Shown here: piece by piece, positions 60,152-64,000 of the stretch
How the letters are laid out: every line of letters begins with the position of its first letter
Numbering within the stretch: the stretch's first letter is position 1
Source: Podarcis bocagei
Taxonomy: Eukaryota
NCBI GenBank assembly: GCA_964188305.1
Contig: OZ076888.1
Reading direction: 5' to 3' (one strand)
DNA length: 64,000 bases
Position numbers and translations under genes: made by a program
Notes under the pieces: model-generated
Seen by the model: the letters and a program-made list of their open reading frames with translations, nothing else
Told to the model about the DNA's origin: nothing
The model's database searches: none

Positions 60152-60411
60152 CAGTCATATCTCGGGTTGAATGTGCTTCGGGATGAGCTCCTTTGAGTTG
60201 CGCTCCGCGGCAACCCGGAAGTAATGGAGCACGTTACTTCCAGGTTTTGCCGCTTTCACATGCACAGACGCTCATAATGCCGCCACGCGCATGCGCAGAA
60301 GCGGCGAAAAACGATGTGTGCATTTGCAGATGTGCCGTCGCTAGTTACGTTTGCTTCTAGATGCGAACGGGGCTCCAGAACGGATCCCGTTTGCATCTAG
60401 AGGTACCACTG
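60152..60411. mobile_element. Tigger/pogo-type MITE
   Basis: TA|cagtcatatctc ... gaggtaccactg|TA. Confidence 0.88.
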
Positions 60412-63374
60412 TATATATTATGCAAAACTGTCCTCCTTTTTGATGATGGGTAGCTGCCATAACATTTGGTGGGGTGGGAGCATTGATCTAATCTTTCAGC
60501 AGTGTCGCTGTGTCTTACTAGGAGGGGTAAGGTCAGCATGGTGCAAACACACTGGCAGGATCAGTGGATTGGCTCTGCTGGTGCTTTTGCACTGTGCTGA
60601 CCTTGCAGGCACCTCCCTCCTTTCCCTCCTGCTAAGCCACAGTTGGCAATGCCCCACTGACCACTAATGGCCACTCTGCGTGACCCACACTCATTGGAAA
60701 TCAAGGGGAAGTGCAAAAGAGCCCTTCAAGAATTGCACTGTGTTCTTCCGTGAAACTTGTGTAGGAGCACTTATTGCTGGATTCCACCCCATGTAGCTGA
60801 TCAGTGCTTCTTTTTGTCATAAATGCACTTCCTTCCATAAGAAGATATAGAATACAGAATATTTCATGTGCTGTTGGAATGCATTATGCATTGTTGGTTG
60901 TTTCTGAGTACAATATCGAAAAGTTCTAGGAGCAGCTATCCAGGGCTTGTTTTCCTTTGAATAGGAGAGCCCTGGAGATTTACAGAGTCTTCATATATTT
61001 GCTTTATTTACAAATATAATACAGAGCATAGTTTGTCAATCCTAGAGATTCCCAGAGAATAAACTGTGCAGCCACATACCCCACCCTCTACTTCCAAGGC
61101 TACTCCCCCCCCCCCAGTTTCCTACTAACTTCAGCCAGCAACTCTCAGTTCTCAGTCTGCTTCTCTATGTCCATGCAATTGACAATTTGTTTTTAACTCT
61201 CACAGTCACACCCCCCCCACCCTGCAGAGCAGTATATCTGACAAACTGCCTCTGCAAGTAACTTGTCTAGTCAAGAAACACCCAGAACCATTAAAGGAAG
61301 ATCTAGGGTGGAATTCTGCACCCTTTGGGAGTCAGCCCCATTCAATGCAGTCAGGCCTACTGCTGAATAGAATTATTCTGCATTCCAGCAGAACCAGAGC
61401 AAGACAGACCCAACACACCATGGTATTACCATATTTTGAGATTAGAGGAAAACAATTTGTAAAAAGTCTGCTATTTCATTTTTAATTTTGTTTAGTTTGA
61501 AGTCATATGTACTTTCTGTGGTTGAAAATACTTTCATAATCACAAGTATATTTTAGGGTGCTGGAGGCTCCTTAAAACTGGCTTTAGATGTGGCATCAGA
61601 TCAAAAGAAATCTTAGACTGTGATCCAAGCATAGGCAGACCTTGATTTCTTCTCACATTTCCCCCCTTTACATTTTTTCTTTTATTCTTAATGGCTTTTT
61701 GAGGCAAAGGAGGGTGTTAATTGTCCAATGTAAACATGATATTGATATGATTATAAATCATATTTCCCTCTCAAGTCATGTTGACTTTATCATAGAAGCA
61801 GCTTTTCTTGGCAAAAACGGGCTCCTAGAGCTGCAGATGATTCCTGCCTATTGTGTACGATATGCAAAGTTAATAATTTTTTGCTATTAATTCCTTAAAT
61901 AAAACACATATCTTTTTACCCACTCTGTTATTCCTCAACCCCAACTGAAGCAAAGCCTAACTAGGTATAAAAGCATTTTCTGCTATCCATACCTCTCTCT
62001 TTCCTACCCTCCTTTGTTCTAAGAAGGGGGCACAGTGAAGCACCCCCCCCCTCTATACTGGTCTCTGTTGATAGCAGCCTGTCCTCCACCTGAATGGACA
62101 GGACACTACCATATGGGGAGCCTCCACTGGTTGTAACCAGTGTGGGGCTCAAAGTGGGACGCTTGAGGGATGGGTGCCGGGTGGCCAAGTATCCACTGTA
62201 TTCTTTGCCAGCCTGCTGCCTGATTCGGGCCCCTCTGCTGTGGCTGCCTGGAGGTAGTGCAGCAAGAACTGGCAGAAAGCAGCAGGGCTTGGGATGAGGT
62301 GGTGGCCGTGCCACTGGGATCGCTTCCTCTCTTTCCTCCTCCCCAGGCAGGGTTAGGTTTGCTCTGCTGGTCTACTTAAAACTGGGAATTGTTATGACTT
62401 AGTATTTTTCGCTTTTTCGTCTATGACTATCACTTGCACCGTTTCAGCTTTCAGTGTTGTAAGAAGAGGTTTTGCCGGGGAGGAGACAGGATTCTTAGAA
62501 AAGATTAAAAAGTCATTCTGTTCATATTCAAAAATGGCAGGAAAGCCTTCTAAAGAGCATTGGTTGCATACCCTTCAACATTTCTCTGAAGAAAATATGT
62601 GGTTACATTTTAATACCTCAAAATATCTAGAAATATAGATGTTGCTAGATAATAACTTGCTCAAAAACATGGGGGTGGCCTTCCTGCCTTTCCCCAAGTG
62701 ATGTTCCAATGGAATGAATCCATTGCTCGCTGGTAGAGCTCACATTTGGCAGAAGACAAACCTATTTTCTTTTACCTTTTACCTCTTCTAAAGCACTAGC
62801 ATCATTTTGACGTTTTGCCTTTTGGGGAGAGGTTGCGTGTCTAGAAATCAAATCTTTGATTGATACTTTTTGACTGTAGTGCACATGTGCGCAAATGTGT
62901 CCTAGTGGACCCAAAATGGCAGCAGATGGCTTCCCTTCCACCCTCACACAATTGCATACCCAGAAAGCAAATGTTGTCACATGTGTGTGAGTAGCAGCTA
63001 AGTAAATTGAAACATTTAGTCGAACACCCTTGTGGTGGTTGTCTTTTTTAACAAAAGTAAGCTGCTATTTTTAGTTTGATAAGCAACAGCCAGAAAAGCA
63101 TATTTAGTAATGTTCGAGTGGAGGAGGGATGCCCTTGCATTGGTGTGAAAATATGGGTGCTATAACTATCCAACTCATGCACCCCATTTTTTATATATTA
63201 AATGCTGGAGCGTTAAAAGGATGGAGGGTGGGGTAGGGCAGAGCCTGAGATTTCACAGACCTTCTGCCAGTCAGGTAAAGCAGTGCTGGATTAAATGGTC
63301 TCCCTCAAGGATCGGCAGATCCCCTTAAGTCTGTCCAGTCTCATTTTTCTGGCAGTCATTGATCTATTTTGTCC

Positions 63375-63545
63375 TGCTTTGCATTTTTTAGTATGCATTG
63401 CCCCCAAAGTATGCATTTTCCAATGTGCTTTTTGTGTGTGTTAAAAACACATTTTACATGCACTTTAATCATAATGTGCATATTTTTGTGTGCACCTTTG
63501 TGCACCGAAATTGCATTGCAAAATCCAGAGATGTGTGTCATCTGA
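63375..63545. mobile_element. Fragment of the same repeat family as 10052-10465, opposite orientation
   Basis: tgcatttttt/atatttttgtgtgca units. Confidence 0.4.
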
Positions 63546-64000
63546 TTGGGAGCTGTATTCGGATCCATAAGCAAGTGTAGGGCTGCTGCAAAAAGCGAGC
63601 TGAACAAGGTTCTCCTCCACCAACAACTGACTCAGAATAAGGTGACTGCGTACAATCATAGCTCTGATTAACTCTTGCTGAATTATGCTCATTAATAATA
63701 AGGCATACACATATATACAGCAGCGCTTTTAGGAACACTTAGGTTGAAACATTTATCGCACAGTAAATAAGGTAATGCTGACTATCAGGGTGTTTTTTAA
63801 AAATATTGTGCTTTTTTAATGTTGTGCTTTCTCCCCTTCATCTAAATCAACAATTTAATAAACTAGAATAGAAAAAATATTGTTTGCATGACCACATGGA
63901 ACATGTATAAAAAAATACAAAGCACAAAATCCCAGACATTCAATTCATCGCACGCAGACAGGTTCTGTCAGTTGCCAACCTCTTTGGGAAAATGTTGAAT

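Overview
Vertebrate, almost certainly squamate, genomic DNA; the two Sauria SINEs with (ACCTTT)n tails point to a lacertid lizard. No intact multi-exon protein-coding gene is visible. The window looks like a large intron or intergenic region with a few candidate + strand exons and regulatory islands in a dense, nested transposon landscape. It holds a near-full-length dead L1 (35.8-42.8 kb, minus strand) interrupted by a young L2 and a CR1, each with a traceable junction. Also present are two more L1 remnants, several L2 fragments, an IR/DR-type Tc1 remnant, six Tigger/pogo-type MITEs, several hAT-type MITEs, SINE fragments and microsatellites. The most unusual items are: (i) a complete 1.24-kb non-coding retroposon with an L1-type YY1 promoter motif, an L1-like 3' end and a perfect 16-bp TSD, inserted in the Tc1 terminus; (ii) a Penelope-derived 77-bp foldback centred on a minimal hammerhead-ribozyme motif; (iii) an 8-bp tandem duplication that alone kills L1 ORF1; (iv) a candidate promoter/first exon, a 64-nt exon and a 24-nt microexon of an unidentified host gene. 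Family names come from recalled motifs, not database searches.
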